Source: a phage | DNA: 64,000 nucleotides | Sequence record: PV805631.1 | Strand: one strand, 5' to 3' | Shown here: one piece after another, positions 46,826 through 58,648 of the stretch | Position numbering within the stretch: the first letter of the stretch is position 1 | How the letters are laid out: each line of letters begins with the position of its first letter | Translations under genes and position numbers: made by a program | The notes under the pieces: model-generated | The model's input: the letters and a program-made list of their open reading frames with translations, nothing else | Databases searched by the model: none | Told to the model about the DNA's origin: nothing

Positions 46826-48790
46826 TTACCGATTTTGTCTGGGTTGCATATACTCAGGCAGTCCTTGTGCCTGACGTAAGTACCGTGCAGCACGTTCTTC
46901 ATCTTCCTTGGCTCGTGCCCTGTCCACACTAGCCTGTGACCGAAAACCTCTTGGAGCCAGGTTAGCTGGGTCAGCCTGTACTTGTGCCTGTGCAGCTTGG
47001 AGCATTGCAGCAGCTTTAGTAACAGCCTCCTGTCGTGCAGGTAACAGTGCAGTAAGACCAGTTTGCCCGGTGTTAATCTTATTCTGGGTATTTGCCAGTG
47101 CAGCTACAGCAGCATCATACGCAGTCTGTGCTGCCTGAATATTCTGCATAGCTTGAGCACGACCTAGGTTACGAACACTACCTTCCAGTGGTTCTCCACG
47201 TTTCACACCCTCAATTAACTGTTCTACCTGACGGTCATTAAGACGCATACCATTACCGGCTTCATTGGTAATGAATGGGTTAACTGCATCAATAGCACGG
47301 CTAATATAACCTTCCGGTACACCGGTCTGTGCACGTTGCATAACAGCAGCAGCCATAGCAGGTGACATATTCCCACGTTGGGAAATATCGTTCAGTCGGT
47401 TCAGTACCCAGTTACGGTCAGCACCTTTAAAATCACCTTCCAACAGACGGTTAGCAATCTCACCTACTGGGGTATTATCAGTGACAGTACCGAGGAAGTC
47501 TGTGTTAAGACTACCGGTGTTATCCTGCATGGAACGTGTACCAATCATACCCTGAGCCAGAGTAGATACTGCCTGATTACCTTGATTATTCTGAACCATA
47601 GCTAGTGGGTCAGCCCCTACTTCAGCTTGGGCAATAACAGGTTTAATCTCTTCCCATGTCATATCCTTATAAGCACCTGGGGTAGAGTTAGGCAGAGCAG
47701 CCCAAGTATCTTTAAGGTTACCGTTCTTACGAGCCTCGAAGATAGCCTTACCAATCTTATCCTGGTTCTCAGGAGAAAGGGGCTGGCTTTGCCAATCTGA
47801 ACCAAGAACTTTAGGAGCGAAGTCTTTCAGGGTAGCTTGGTTAATCTGGAATGCTCCAACAGGTGAAGCACCCTGATTCGACTTCATACCATCCTGGTGT
47901 TTAATTACATCACCAATACTCATTTGAGTAATAGGAGTAGATGTACCAGCAAACTGGTAGGTAACATCGTAAGGGGAACCCTGACGTGTACCAGCAGTAC
48001 CCGGAGCAGACGTAGCACCAACATTGTTACCGTAAACACCCGGGTATGCTCGTGCAAGCATTTCCTGCAAACGTGCCTGGGCAACCGGAGACAGGTTCTT
48101 ACTATATGCTTCTGCCAATAGACGGGCATCATTAGGGTTCTCAGCACCACGGGTAATCTGTGACATTACACCCATAGCTGCCTGACTATCGGCATCATTA
48201 CGCTGAGCAACACCTAAATCAAAACGGTTCTGTGCCTGATTAATAGCCTGACCACTTTGGCCTTGAAGACGGCTCAGCATGTCCAATTGCTGGTCAGCAG
48301 GGAGTGCAGACAATGCATCACGGGTCTGACTTAATGCAGCATTAATACGGTTCTGGTCACCTGACTGGTATGCCTCAGACAGTAAACGGATAGCAGGGGA
48401 AGCATTATCTAATGCAGTGTTAGTATCCTGTAAACGACCAAAGCGATACGCATTGTAGTCATTGGTTCCCTGCTGACCTTGTTGAGTCAACAGTGTACCT
48501 GCTCTCTCATCCAGGTTTTGAAGGGTACGCTGGTTTATCAATGAACGGTCAACCCCCTGAAATAATGCACCAGATGCCAAAGCATTACGGTACTCAGTAG
48601 GGTCTTGGTACTGCATAGCATTCATCATGACGGCATTGCCAGCCTCCTGCTTGGCAGCGTTCTGGAAATTACCCAGTGCATCACTTAAGCCGGAGGTGGC
48701 GTTACCAATCATGCTGCCAAATGTGCGAATGCTGTCACCAACTCCAGAAAAGTTAGGTGCATCAACATTACGCCATGTAATTTGAGCCAT
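46826..48790 (-). CDS. Virion protein (N4 gp51-like position)
   Basis: Large Gln/Asn/Ala-rich ORF immediately upstream of vRNAP; synteny only. Confidence 0.5.
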   Translation of the reverse strand: MAQITWRNVDAPNFSGVGDSIRTFGSMIGNATSGLSDALGNFQNAAKQEAGNAVMMNAMQYQDPTEYRNALASGALFQGVDRSLINQRTLQNLDERAGTLLTQQGQQGTNDYNAYRFGRLQDTNTALDNASPAIRLLSEAYQSGDQNRINAALSQTRDALSALPADQQLDMLSRLQGQSGQAINQAQNRFDLGVAQRNDADSQAAMGVMSQITRGAENPNDARLLAEAYSKNLSPVAQARLQEMLARAYPGVYGNNVGATSAPGTAGTRQGSPYDVTYQFAGTSTPITQMSIGDVIKHQDGMKSNQGASPVGAFQINQATLKDFAPKVLGSDWQSQPLSPENQDKIGKAIFEARKNGNLKDTWAALPNSTPGAYKDMTWEEIKPVIAQAEVGADPLAMVQNNQGNQAVSTLAQGMIGTRSMQDNTGSLNTDFLGTVTDNTPVGEIANRLLEGDFKGADRNWVLNRLNDISQRGNMSPAMAAAVMQRAQTGVPEGYISRAIDAVNPFITNEAGNGMRLNDRQVEQLIEGVKRGEPLEGSVRNLGRAQAMQNIQAAQTAYDAAVAALANTQNKINTGQTGLTALLPARQEAVTKAAAMLQAAQAQVQADPANLAPRGFRSQASVDRARAKEDEERAARYLRQAQGLPEYMQPRQNR

Positions 48791-48802
48791 GATGGTTTCC
48801 TA

Positions 48803-49285
48803 TTAACGAGTAAGTTTATTAGCTGCAATGTAAGCATCAGCTGAAGACTGGTCACGGTTCTCTGCTGTAGCACGGCTACGAGCACGGTCTTCCAGTGCAG
48901 TGTTATAAGACTTAATCTGATTATTCAGGTTAGTGTTAGTAACGCTCTTAGCAAAGTTCAACTGGTTTTTGGCTAACTTGTTAGCCTGGAAACCACCATA
49001 GATATTGGCTAAGGAACCAAGTGCATCAAGTCCTAGTTGGAAGGTAGGAATATTCATGCCTAATTGGTCAGTCAAGCCTGAATCATTACCTGAGCCAAAC
49101 AAAGAACTATCCAAACTACCATTTAAAAAATCCATGCCAACTGTTTGTCCGGGCCGATAATTCATTGCCGGAGTACTAAAGTTTTGCTTCTGGTTGTTAC
49201 CAGATAACCAGGACAAAGCCCCTGGCTGAAGGGTTTGGTTGCCTGTAAAGAATGACAAATCCATGGGGATTCTCCTGTTAAACAA
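48803..49285 (-). CDS. Virion protein (N4 gp52-like position)
   Basis: ORF track; synteny. Confidence 0.45.
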   Translation of the reverse strand: MFNRRIPMDLSFFTGNQTLQPGALSWLSGNNQKQNFSTPAMNYRPGQTVGMDFLNGSLDSSLFGSGNDSGLTDQLGMNIPTFQLGLDALGSLANIYGGFQANKLAKNQLNFAKSVTNTNLNNQIKSYNTALEDRARSRATAENRDQSSADAYIAANKLTR

Positions 49286-51929
49286 GGTCAGTATTAAGAG
49301 TCATATCAGAGTAGCTGCCAATCATGTTTAAGGACATGTCAGCTATATCCGAACCAGTCATAAGAGTACGTGAGAGGAAAGAATCCAACGACTCCAATGA
49401 CACAAATTGCATAGGGTCAATTACACCCTGCCCAGCAGTACCAAACATTTCTTCATACTGCTTATTGATTGCCATCATATCAGTATTGTACTGCTGCATT
49501 ACATTCTCTGCTTTCTGAATAGTAGCAGCCGTAGATGCATTAATATACTGGCTAATACCATTACCTACTGAACTGGTAAGCTGCATAATGTTCTGAGCAT
49601 TCATCATTTCACCGGCTAAGGTAGATAAGGATGTACCAGTAGACATAGCAGTACCAACGTTCATAGCCACCATTGAAGCAATAGCAGCAATGATAAAACC
49701 TAGCTTATCACCAAACAGAGAAGTGGATACTTTAGTGACAATAGATATCATAATCATTGCAGCAATGGCGTTTGCTACAGCACCTACTATTACAGCAGCT
49801 AATCCAACAAAACCTAGCGATGCACCAACTGCACCATAAGCCCCAAGAATACCTGCACCACCAGCACTACCAGCACCCATAGTAAATACGGATATAACGA
49901 CAGCAACTACAACAACCACAATCTTAAAGGCAGAGGACTGATACCACTTTTTCTTAACCTTTTTATATGAGTTCATTACTAAGTAAGAGCAGGCAGTAGA
50001 TAACTGAGTGCTACGAACTAGTGACATTGAACGATAGATGTTGGTGTGCAGGGGAATAATGAATCCACTCTCTTCTGCATCACCCATTGCTTCAGCAACA
50101 TCAATATTTACTGACTTATTTTTATATACCTTGTTGCTATGATGAAGGCCCAATACCCTAAGTTTACGGTAGGTATTATTACCATCCTGCCAAAGCAACT
50201 CATATTCTTGCATAGTATAAAACGTAGGGGTAACTTCCAGCTTTTTGCTAGCACCAGCACGCATGTTCTTACGGGTAAGGGTTATATCCCCTGCATATCT
50301 GGCTCGAAGTTGTCCTTGTTTAGCACCAGCCCATGCTTCACCGGAATGGGTAGTTTCAAATACGTAGTTCCAACTAATAGTCATATCATACTTATAATGC
50401 TTACTACTATGCACCCTAAACTCCCGCTTAGGTATAACAGGGTATTCTGGCAGCGGTGGAGGTGTTCCAACAATTTGGCCTTCATGCCTGTCCCACCATT
50501 CCTCATATGCATCTACTGCATCGTTTGCTGCCTGATAACCTGCAATCACTGCTTCCAGTGTAGGGTAGGTTGGATCAGGTGGAAATGCTTCAGTAGCCAT
50601 CTGAAAGAAACGGTAGATGTATTCCTTAGCAGTATCTTCTGGAGTATTAAGAGATACACCGAATGTGCCATAGATGTATTGAATATCGCCTATGTCATCA
50701 TTCTTCTTAAGCTCAGTCACTACTTTATCTAGCTTACCACCAGTAGCTTTATAGAGTGCCTTCTTACAGTGGGGGTAGATTGTGTCATTCTCTACCCATT
50801 GCTTATCATTCCTGATTGGAATAAATGGATAGAATCGGTTATCAGTAGCCTCAGTTTCAAACAGTGAATCGAGTGTAGCGTTACCTGAGTTCTTCTTATA
50901 GATAAGCATCTTAGGTGTACCAACAGCAGTCATCTCAGTGTCAGTACGAGTAGTCTGGGATGAGTACTTACGAACCAGTGTCTCTGTGGTCGTGGTGATT
51001 GTATCGGTGCGAGTAACACCACCACCTAAATTAACTACATTAGTGGTTACAGTAGTACTGGATTGAACCTCACCAAACTTTCTATGAGTCATTACCCTGT
51101 CAGATACAACTACAGTTACATCATCAGGTTTCTCAGTGAACCCTCTACGGTAAACCTTAACGTAAGAGTTCCAGTTATCCACACTTGGTACAGTAACAGT
51201 ACTGTCTTCATATGGTCTACCATCAGAGTAAACAGAATGAGTCTGTATAGTCTTAGTAAGATTGGTTGTGTTAGCCGTCGTATTACTTGAGATGGTAGTC
51301 CATAACAGAGTAGACGGTAAGTCATTTTCGCTGTTATAGACAGTAGTCGGACCTACTACCGGTGGATTGGTAGCCGGGGACTTATAGAACGTGTAATCAG
51401 CATAGAGATACAAAGCACCTGGTTCAAAGTTAGTAGGTGTGAATGTAATGGGGGAACCTCCATCTAAGGAGGTCATAGCGATTACATTGGTATCTTCATC
51501 AATGTCTACATCGAATCGTTCCATGATTCGACTTGGGGCATTCTCATAAAGATACTGATCACACCATTGCTCAAAGTCAGCAAAGCCAATCTCTGCTGCC
51601 TGAACATAGACAGATTCTCCAGCAGGTGGAGTAATTTGACCCTCTATAACAGTAGGGTCAATCTTAGCCAGTACACCTAATGAAGCCCCTGCCATACCAA
51701 CTTCTGAATCATAGTGGTTCTTGCTCCAGCTAGAGAACAGTCGCATACGTATACCAGGCCCCTTCAGATAACTATCAGAGATAGTGTCTGCCATAGTGAA
51801 TCCTGTATCAGCAACAATCTTACCGATGACTACAGTCTTCATATAGTTTGGACGTTTGTGTATATCCCCTGCCATGTTATAGACAGAGGATGCTACGTAT
51901 ACTTTGGTCTTACTACTGAATAAGCCCAT
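49278..51929 (-). CDS. Large virion protein with C-terminal Gly/Ala-rich hydrophobic segments (N4 gp53-like position)
   Basis: 883 aa; C-terminal region has several glycine-zipper-like hydrophobic stretches. Confidence 0.5.
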   Translation of the reverse strand: MGLFSSKTKVYVASSVYNMAGDIHKRPNYMKTVVIGKIVADTGFTMADTISDSYLKGPGIRMRLFSSWSKNHYDSEVGMAGASLGVLAKIDPTVIEGQITPPAGESVYVQAAEIGFADFEQWCDQYLYENAPSRIMERFDVDIDEDTNVIAMTSLDGGSPITFTPTNFEPGALYLYADYTFYKSPATNPPVVGPTTVYNSENDLPSTLLWTTISSNTTANTTNLTKTIQTHSVYSDGRPYEDSTVTVPSVDNWNSYVKVYRRGFTEKPDDVTVVVSDRVMTHRKFGEVQSSTTVTTNVVNLGGGVTRTDTITTTTETLVRKYSSQTTRTDTEMTAVGTPKMLIYKKNSGNATLDSLFETEATDNRFYPFIPIRNDKQWVENDTIYPHCKKALYKATGGKLDKVVTELKKNDDIGDIQYIYGTFGVSLNTPEDTAKEYIYRFFQMATEAFPPDPTYPTLEAVIAGYQAANDAVDAYEEWWDRHEGQIVGTPPPLPEYPVIPKREFRVHSSKHYKYDMTISWNYVFETTHSGEAWAGAKQGQLRARYAGDITLTRKNMRAGASKKLEVTPTFYTMQEYELLWQDGNNTYRKLRVLGLHHSNKVYKNKSVNIDVAEAMGDAEESGFIIPLHTNIYRSMSLVRSTQLSTACSYLVMNSYKKVKKKWYQSSAFKIVVVVVAVVISVFTMGAGSAGGAGILGAYGAVGASLGFVGLAAVIVGAVANAIAAMIMISIVTKVSTSLFGDKLGFIIAAIASMVAMNVGTAMSTGTSLSTLAGEMMNAQNIMQLTSSVGNGISQYINASTAATIQKAENVMQQYNTDMMAINKQYEEMFGTAGQGVIDPMQFVSLESLDSFLSRTLMTGSDIADMSLNMIGSYSDMTLNTDLV

Positions 51930-51930
51930 A

Positions 51931-52773
51931 TTAATTCAGCCCGTTGTTAGACTTCAGCTTGGACAGAATGGTATCAATACTTGCGTTGGTGAATCCATTA
52001 GGTGGGTTCAAGCCTTCATCAATAGTCTTCTGTGTAATCCATGCATCAGTAAACAACTTAGATGCTTTAACTTCTGCATCACGTTGGTAAGAAGTAATCT
52101 GTTGAGAGTACAACTCTTTCTGCTTACCTACGGAACCCCTAACTGCTGCACCGTCTGTACGAGTATCCAATGTCTGTGCACGTTGTGCCTCAGTCTGCTC
52201 AGTAATCAGTTTAAGCTGTTGGGGTAACATCTGGTCAGCATTAAACAATGCAGCACAGTATGTCTCAGACTCAGTAGCAATCTTCATCTTAGTGAGTGCA
52301 TATTCACTCTTAGCAGACAGTGCCTGAATCTTAGCCAGCACATACTGAGCTTTAGATGTTGCCAGTTGAACACGTGCAGTAACTGCCTGAATCTGTGCCA
52401 TAGCAGCAGCCCAGTACGCTTGGTCTCGACCAAGTAAGAACTGAACAGCATTACTCATGCAAGATTCCATCATAGCAATGTATGCTTTGGTATATTCACC
52501 ACCGGTAATACGGTTAGCTTTAAACTCAGCCTTAAGATGATTGTGTGCAGATTCCATTAATGCATCAAACGTACCACTACCACCTACTTCACGGGTAGTA
52601 AGTGATTCATTGGTTACTTTAGTAATAGCATCAAAGATTGGAGAATTATCTCCACCAGGGATATCCCATTCAGGGCCAGACATATCAATGTCAGGGAGGG
52701 TAAAGTCATCACCCTTAGTTAACTCTTCTAGGAGTCGGTTAGCTTCTACCTCAGCAGAACAAGACATAATCAT
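51931..52773 (-). CDS. Virion structural protein (N4 gp54-like position)
   Basis: ORF track; synteny. Confidence 0.45.
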   Translation of the reverse strand: MIMSCSAEVEANRLLEELTKGDDFTLPDIDMSGPEWDIPGGDNSPIFDAITKVTNESLTTREVGGSGTFDALMESAHNHLKAEFKANRITGGEYTKAYIAMMESCMSNAVQFLLGRDQAYWAAAMAQIQAVTARVQLATSKAQYVLAKIQALSAKSEYALTKMKIATESETYCAALFNADQMLPQQLKLITEQTEAQRAQTLDTRTDGAAVRGSVGKQKELYSQQITSYQRDAEVKASKLFTDAWITQKTIDEGLNPPNGFTNASIDTILSKLKSNNGLN

Positions 52774-52843
52774 TCCTCTTGGTTCAAAAAGAAACGGCCC
52801 ACGGAGTTACCCCAGTGAGCCGTGTTGAACTGTAGCTTATACG

Positions 52844-53485
52844 TTAATCGTTCAGGCTACCAGCAGCAATCTGTGCTTGAGCCAGTTGAGCCAATTCTGC
52901 TTCAGTCAGCGGAGGCAATACTTCAATGGAGAACTCACGTGCTTCTGTTGCACGGATATCCGGTAAGCCATTCTTACCTTTACGAGTCGTAATGTTGATG
53001 AACTTACGCTCTTTAAGGAACTCGTAGATACAGTACGGAATATGATAACCATTATCGGTCACTTCACCGAATGGAACAAACTTACGTACAGTACCCATAT
53101 ATTCGTTAGCTACGGTGATAATCTCACCCGGCAGGTCTTTCTTCTTAGGGTCAAGGTTCTGGATACGTACACGAATCAGTCGAGTCTGTTCTGCACGAAT
53201 CTTCTGACCCAGGGTCATCTTCTTAACACCAGCTTCCTGTTTTTCACCCAAAGGATTAACAGCAGCTTCTTTTACTTCTGGTTCATCTTTTGCTTGTGCA
53301 GCTTCAATTTTCTCACGGAGCTTTTCAACGGAGATGTTGTTAGAGAACTTAATATTCATCAACGTTGCACGTTGCTTAAGAACTTCAAGTTCGCTAGGCA
53401 TTGCAATATCGTTAACGGTATCTTCGTTGCCCTGTACGTCCAGTTCTACGCCAGTGGTCGGTTTATCGTTAATGCTCATGTTCAT
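52844..53485 (-). CDS. Head-module protein of unknown function
   Basis: ORF track; directly downstream of the capsid gene. Confidence 0.45.
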   Translation of the reverse strand: MNMSINDKPTTGVELDVQGNEDTVNDIAMPSELEVLKQRATLMNIKFSNNISVEKLREKIEAAQAKDEPEVKEAAVNPLGEKQEAGVKKMTLGQKIRAEQTRLIRVRIQNLDPKKKDLPGEIITVANEYMGTVRKFVPFGEVTDNGYHIPYCIYEFLKERKFINITTRKGKNGLPDIRATEAREFSIEVLPPLTEAELAQLAQAQIAAGSLND

Positions 53486-53516
53486 ATTTCCTGTGGTTCA
53501 ACTAGTTTTATTAAGA

Positions 53517-53534
53517 GGGGGACACTAGTCCCCC
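53517..53534 (-). terminator. 7-bp GC hairpin (GGGGGAC / GTCCCCC) after the capsid gene; weak U-tract on the minus strand
   Basis: Read directly. Confidence 0.4.
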
Positions 53535-53552
53535 TTATTTTATTTAGGACTA

Positions 53553-54755
53553 TTACAGAGGAGCAACAGTCTTAATCAGAGCCAGACGTTCCGGACGTTT
53601 AACCAGGATACCGTAGTACCACTTGATGGAGCTGAAGCCAGTCTCACCATACGGGTCATTACGGTCAGCAGTTTCTCGACCAGGCATCTTAGTCATGATG
53701 GAGAACTTAACAGACTTACCATCAGTCTGGAAACCAATGGTAGAGAAGGAGTCATCACCAACTACCAGCATCGGGAACACGTCATAGTGTTCTTCGCCAC
53801 TAACCATAGAAGAACGGTAACCTGGGTTAGTAGAGACTTGTGCACCAGCACCTGCCCAATGCAGCATCTCAGGAACCTGGATAATACGGAACTTGTCGAT
53901 ACAACCAATTTCACCATTCATCAGAGTACCAGCGTCAGCATAGTGCTGAACCTCAATGAATGCTTTGTTACCGAACAGGTCTTTCATCGCTTTCAGTTCT
54001 GGAACTAGTTCAGAACCAACGTACATTACACGAGTACCGCCAAGTACTTTGGTATCGGTAAGTTTAGAACCAGTGATGATAGTAGTCTGAGTCGGAGTAC
54101 GGTTCTCAGTAAGAATCTGGTCAAGACGCATCAGGTTCTTATAAGAAACTACAGACGGGGTAGCACCTTCACCCGTGATGGTAGCATCGGAAGTAGCAGC
54201 ACCTGCATACAGTACAGTACCAGCAGCAGCCAACAGGTCTTTCTGGAGAACAGCTTCAGTCAGCTGTACAGCACCGTTCATCAGTTCACGAGACAGGTGT
54301 TCTTTCAGTTGGTCATCAGAATCAAAGTCCAGGGACTCTTGAGTAAATTCGTAGAAGAAACCGAACTTATGGATGGAACCTTCACGGGACAGACGGGTAA
54401 AGCCTACACGGTTAACACGACCACCGTTCTCTGTCAGCAGAGGCAGTTTAGAAGTGATGTTACCAACGTCTCGGGAAGAACCATACAGGTTACCATTAAC
54501 GATGGTAGCACCATTAGCATCAATACCCTGGTCGTTGATGTTCTTATCGTCAAGCAGTGGAACGTACTCATACACCTTAACAGTCTTACCGTAGTTCTTC
54601 GGCATGTTAATAGTGTTAGCCAGTGGCATGAAGTACTGGTCTTTACGGGACTGAATAATAGCTTTCTTCAGCCAGTAATAGGTATTCATCTGGTCGGAAC
54701 CAGCACCATCAATGCTAGATTTCTGGCCGTCAATTGGGGCGTTATAGTTTAACAT
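53553..54755 (-). CDS. Major capsid protein (N4 gp56-like)
   Basis: 400 aa ORF downstream of scaffold-like and portal genes, flanked by a strong hairpin; synteny and size only. Confidence 0.6.
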   Translation of the reverse strand: MLNYNAPIDGQKSSIDGAGSDQMNTYYWLKKAIIQSRKDQYFMPLANTINMPKNYGKTVKVYEYVPLLDDKNINDQGIDANGATIVNGNLYGSSRDVGNITSKLPLLTENGGRVNRVGFTRLSREGSIHKFGFFYEFTQESLDFDSDDQLKEHLSRELMNGAVQLTEAVLQKDLLAAAGTVLYAGAATSDATITGEGATPSVVSYKNLMRLDQILTENRTPTQTTIITGSKLTDTKVLGGTRVMYVGSELVPELKAMKDLFGNKAFIEVQHYADAGTLMNGEIGCIDKFRIIQVPEMLHWAGAGAQVSTNPGYRSSMVSGEEHYDVFPMLVVGDDSFSTIGFQTDGKSVKFSIMTKMPGRETADRNDPYGETGFSSIKWYYGILVKRPERLALIKTVAPL

Positions 54756-54771
54756 ATCATCTTATTCCTGT

Positions 54772-55992
54772 TTAAAGACTACCCGGTACTGGGAGTTTAG
54801 CGAAATCTTCATCACTCATTGCGAGTGGGTTTACAATAGGTGTTGCTTTACGTGTAGCAGCCCGATTAAGGGAAGCTGCTTTAGCTTGCTCACTGTTAGC
54901 CAGAGTCTGCTTAGGTTGTGCTACACGCACTACCGGCTGAACCACTGGCTTAACTGCTTGTACCGGTTCTGGCTTAGCCGCTCGGTTAAATGCCCCTTGC
55001 TGTGTAAGGAGGTTACCGACGTGGTTATAAGCCTGAATGAACGGAGTACCTACCGGAATCTGGCCTAACATTTGAAGACGGTTCACTTCGTTTGCAATGG
55101 TGTCATAAATACCATTCTCACGTTGTTCGTGAATAGTCTGGAGTAGGCCACGATTCTGGTAAAGAGCTTCTTTACTGGCAGCATCCCATGTCGAGCCGAT
55201 AACACCTAATGTAGCTTGTCCTTCTTGAGTAGACTTTAAGTCGTCAATTTCGGTTGCAAAATCTGCTTCGGTGTCGGTAACACGGTGATTGCCACCCTGG
55301 TAGTTAATTTCTTCATCTGGGTTAAAGTCCAGAGGATCTGTACCAGAGTCTTTGAGCAACTTCTTAATGGCTTCAGGATTCTTTTTATCCAGGTCAATAA
55401 GGAAAGAAAGTTTATCCTCATCCATTAAACCGTTGTTCTGTAACATCAGCATTACCTTACGGTAAGGCTTTAGTTCTTGCATCTTGCGAGTATAGTTAGC
55501 ACCCATCTGCATCAGGCTAATGGCCTCCTCCGGTGAACGGGGAGTAATCACTTTGCCGTTAGCTTTAAAAGGAGCCATCAACTTCTCGTAACCTTCTTTA
55601 TAGTTGAAGTCAGCAGGCAGACCTTCAGACTGTTTGCCTTCTTCTTTCTGTTCCTGGCCTGGTTCAGTAGTAGAAGGTTCAGCTTTAGTAATCGGCTCAC
55701 CGTTACTATCAACTTCTGTGTCAACAACTTTATCATCAACTTTATCAGAAGTTAAAGAATTTGCTGAATCTTCTTCATCAGGTTCGGCTTCAGGGGGGGT
55801 TTCTTCGGTTGGTAGGTCTTCAACAGCAGGGGTGTCAACTTCTTCTTCAGGAGTCTGTACGCCGTTGGTTTCTGGGTTGTTCTGAGTGGAAGTATCTTCC
55901 TCAGCAATAATTGCTGGGGCTTCCATATTCAGAATCTCATCATCCGACATTGCGAGAATGTCGGAAGCTGTGGTTGCAGCTTCCGTAGTCAT
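54772..55992 (-). CDS. Scaffolding-like protein
   Basis: Acidic low-complexity N-terminus; between portal and capsid genes. Confidence 0.4.
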   Translation of the reverse strand: MTTEAATTASDILAMSDDEILNMEAPAIIAEEDTSTQNNPETNGVQTPEEEVDTPAVEDLPTEETPPEAEPDEEDSANSLTSDKVDDKVVDTEVDSNGEPITKAEPSTTEPGQEQKEEGKQSEGLPADFNYKEGYEKLMAPFKANGKVITPRSPEEAISLMQMGANYTRKMQELKPYRKVMLMLQNNGLMDEDKLSFLIDLDKKNPEAIKKLLKDSGTDPLDFNPDEEINYQGGNHRVTDTEADFATEIDDLKSTQEGQATLGVIGSTWDAASKEALYQNRGLLQTIHEQRENGIYDTIANEVNRLQMLGQIPVGTPFIQAYNHVGNLLTQQGAFNRAAKPEPVQAVKPVVQPVVRVAQPKQTLANSEQAKAASLNRAATRKATPIVNPLAMSDEDFAKLPVPGSL

Positions 55993-56011
55993 AGGAAATA
56001 TCTCCGGTTAA

Positions 56012-56356
56012 TTATTCGTCTTCAGGTTCAGCACGAACTGCGTCGAGTTCTTCTTCTACCTGTAGAATAACGTCAGCTTCGTTTTCGCCCATACGAATGG
56101 CAAGATCAAGCCAACGACGTAAGTGACCAGCAGCTTGAGCCATGTTCAATGCATCTGCACGGTTATTAGGTTCAAGCAGTGGGTCACCAGACTCTTGCAC
56201 GTAACGTGCACAATCTTCCGTACAGAACTGGCGAAGAATTACTTTACGGAACAGTGGATTCTCCAGAAGTTTACGTACATCTTCTGCATGTGCAACTGCA
56301 CCTTTAGCAGCTTCCAGTCGATGTTCCAGTCCAGCGATTGTTGATTCTTTACTCAT
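56012..56356 (-). CDS. Hypothetical protein (114 aa)
   Basis: ORF track. Confidence 0.45.
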   Translation of the reverse strand: MSKESTIAGLEHRLEAAKGAVAHAEDVRKLLENPLFRKVILRQFCTEDCARYVQESGDPLLEPNNRADALNMAQAAGHLRRWLDLAIRMGENEADVILQVEEELDAVRAEPEDE

Positions 56357-56369
56357 GTGAAGGTCTGCC

Positions 56370-58640
56370 TTACAGGTTCATGCCAAGAGCCGATGCTGGG
56401 TCTTGGCTAGGGTCATAGTATTGGGAACTAAGTGAATAAGCTGGGTCTTGCTGAGCAGCTAAATCCCGTTCTGGTATAGAGTTCACGTTAGTCAAAGTAT
56501 TATATCCAACAGCTGCAGATATGTTGGGGGTAGTTTCCCCTTCTTTAATAGGTGTTGTCAATGCCTTAGTTATCTGAAGGTTCTGGTTTCCTTGGGATTG
56601 TGCTTTTTGTTTTTCCATATCACGAGCATGTTTAGTACCAGATTCCTGTTCCAGATAATCCAGGTCTTTAAGGTCACCACTGGAAGCAGCCTCTTTAGCC
56701 TTAGCCATATTGAGTGCAATCTTACTTTGTAACTCTTCATTCTCAAGCTGTGCTTTCTGAATTGCCAATTGCTTAAGCTGTTCTTCCATAGGGTCTGGCT
56801 GTGGTTGCCAGGTACGTAACTCATGAGCCAGGTCGGGCATACGTTTAAGTTCTGCAATCTTAGCTACGAGAGATAACGTAATAGTTTGGTCAACCGTATT
56901 ACCCAATGTTTGAACCATGAAGCTCAAGTCCTGGGATTTCTGGTTATCAATTTCAGCAGTGTTGATATCAACCTCAATATCGAAGTTACCTTTAAGGTCT
57001 TCACGGTTAATCTCTACATACTGCTCGTTAGTAATACGTACTACTTCTTTCTCAGATAAGAACACAGCATTCATTGCACAAATCTTAGTACCAATGTCTG
57101 CCATGCCCTTAGCTAATCGGCGAAGGATTGCCATCTCACGTTTGGATGCTGCATCAAGTGCACCACGAATACCGGCAGCCACTTCCCCGTAAGCTGAACC
57201 AGTTACACCACCAGAGAATGCTTTAACACCAGTTAATGATTCAGCTTCCTGGTTTTGCATCTGGGTCATTATTATTGCCGACTGAGGTAACTCAGGGAAC
57301 TTATGTTCCATAATGGCCTGACTAGGATTACCCTGCATTGGGTTGTATTCGTAGTCTTGCCCATCGTCATATCGACGACGGTTTAGTGTATCCAACATCC
57401 CTTTAGGATAACCACGTTGACCGTTTGCACTTCGACCTAACAGGTCAATCATCCCACGCATAGTTGCACCAAGAATTGCTTGGTTATCCCCTAACAGTTC
57501 AGCATCAGCTTCACCGAAGAGTTCGCGTTTACGGGGCATGTAAGGAACAACTACTAAAGGTAATTTACCGTCAGGGAATGGGTTCCTCTCCATACGAATA
57601 AGAGTAGAACCAATCCAGGTAGCAACAATAGGTTCCAGAGAACCATCATCATTGATGTCGTAAAATCCCCAGTACTCATAAGCAACAACCTTCTTACGAA
57701 GTGCATCCTTAAACTGGAAGTCACTAGGAGTTTTACTTTCATGGTCTGGGTCAGTCATAGGACTGGAACTTTCCCAGTCAATCTTATCTAAATTGTGATA
57801 ACGGTCCTTATTCTTCATGAGGTCTGCTTTGCATGTCTCAAAGGAGATAACTGCATACAGAGCCTTATCCAAATCACCGTTACAGCTTGGGTCAATAACT
57901 ACGTTATTAGGGTTAAGCATTTCAACGGTAGGTCTGTTAACTAGTGCCTTCTCTACTTCTACTTCAGTAACTCCAGTCTGGATTGCATAGGTAGCTTCCC
58001 CAGTTTCATTAAAGTAGTTAACAGCTTCCTTAATATCTTCCGACATTGTCTCATCGTACTCACGAGGATTCTCTGCCTGAAGCTGTAAAGCCTGTTGAAG
58101 AACATCTGCTTGTTCCTGGTTCTCGATTGGATATAACTGGAAGACTGGTGTTTCTGTTTTAATCTTAACAGTCTTACGTTCCCAACCAATACGAGCAATA
58201 CCAGTACCGTCATCTACAACACTGTGTACGTAATCATCTACTAGTTTCACTTTATTAAGCTGGGTACGGAATTGGTAGTTAAGAACTAATTCATTCTGAC
58301 GTGCAGCTAACTCATCTTCAAAAGTAACCGGAGTTACTTTAAAGAGCTTATTAGACGAGAGAAAAGGCTCAGACAATGGAGCATATCGCCATTCTGCCTG
58401 ACGGCGAACCAGTCTGGGTTGGACTTGTGAGCGCCCCTTAACCTTTGGGGGTTTAGCTTTACCTTTAACTTCCATCAGGTCATTCCACTCACGAATCTGA
58501 GCCATAATTGCATCGTGAGCAGGTTTAGCTGATTCCAAATCACCTTTCAGTAATTGGATACTTGGTTCCTTCTTCCAGTCCGTTAGCTTCTCTGATTGAG
58601 CCGGGTCTGGTAAAGGCTTAAAAGTGTCTTGGTGTTCCAT
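56370..58640 (-). CDS. Portal protein (N4 gp59-like)
   Basis: 756 aa ORF upstream of scaffold-like and capsid genes; size and synteny. Confidence 0.6.
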   Translation of the reverse strand: MEHQDTFKPLPDPAQSEKLTDWKKEPSIQLLKGDLESAKPAHDAIMAQIREWNDLMEVKGKAKPPKVKGRSQVQPRLVRRQAEWRYAPLSEPFLSSNKLFKVTPVTFEDELAARQNELVLNYQFRTQLNKVKLVDDYVHSVVDDGTGIARIGWERKTVKIKTETPVFQLYPIENQEQADVLQQALQLQAENPREYDETMSEDIKEAVNYFNETGEATYAIQTGVTEVEVEKALVNRPTVEMLNPNNVVIDPSCNGDLDKALYAVISFETCKADLMKNKDRYHNLDKIDWESSSPMTDPDHESKTPSDFQFKDALRKKVVAYEYWGFYDINDDGSLEPIVATWIGSTLIRMERNPFPDGKLPLVVVPYMPRKRELFGEADAELLGDNQAILGATMRGMIDLLGRSANGQRGYPKGMLDTLNRRRYDDGQDYEYNPMQGNPSQAIMEHKFPELPQSAIIMTQMQNQEAESLTGVKAFSGGVTGSAYGEVAAGIRGALDAASKREMAILRRLAKGMADIGTKICAMNAVFLSEKEVVRITNEQYVEINREDLKGNFDIEVDINTAEIDNQKSQDLSFMVQTLGNTVDQTITLSLVAKIAELKRMPDLAHELRTWQPQPDPMEEQLKQLAIQKAQLENEELQSKIALNMAKAKEAASSGDLKDLDYLEQESGTKHARDMEKQKAQSQGNQNLQITKALTTPIKEGETTPNISAAVGYNTLTNVNSIPERDLAAQQDPAYSLSSQYYDPSQDPASALGMNL

Positions 58641-58648
58641 AGTTAATC

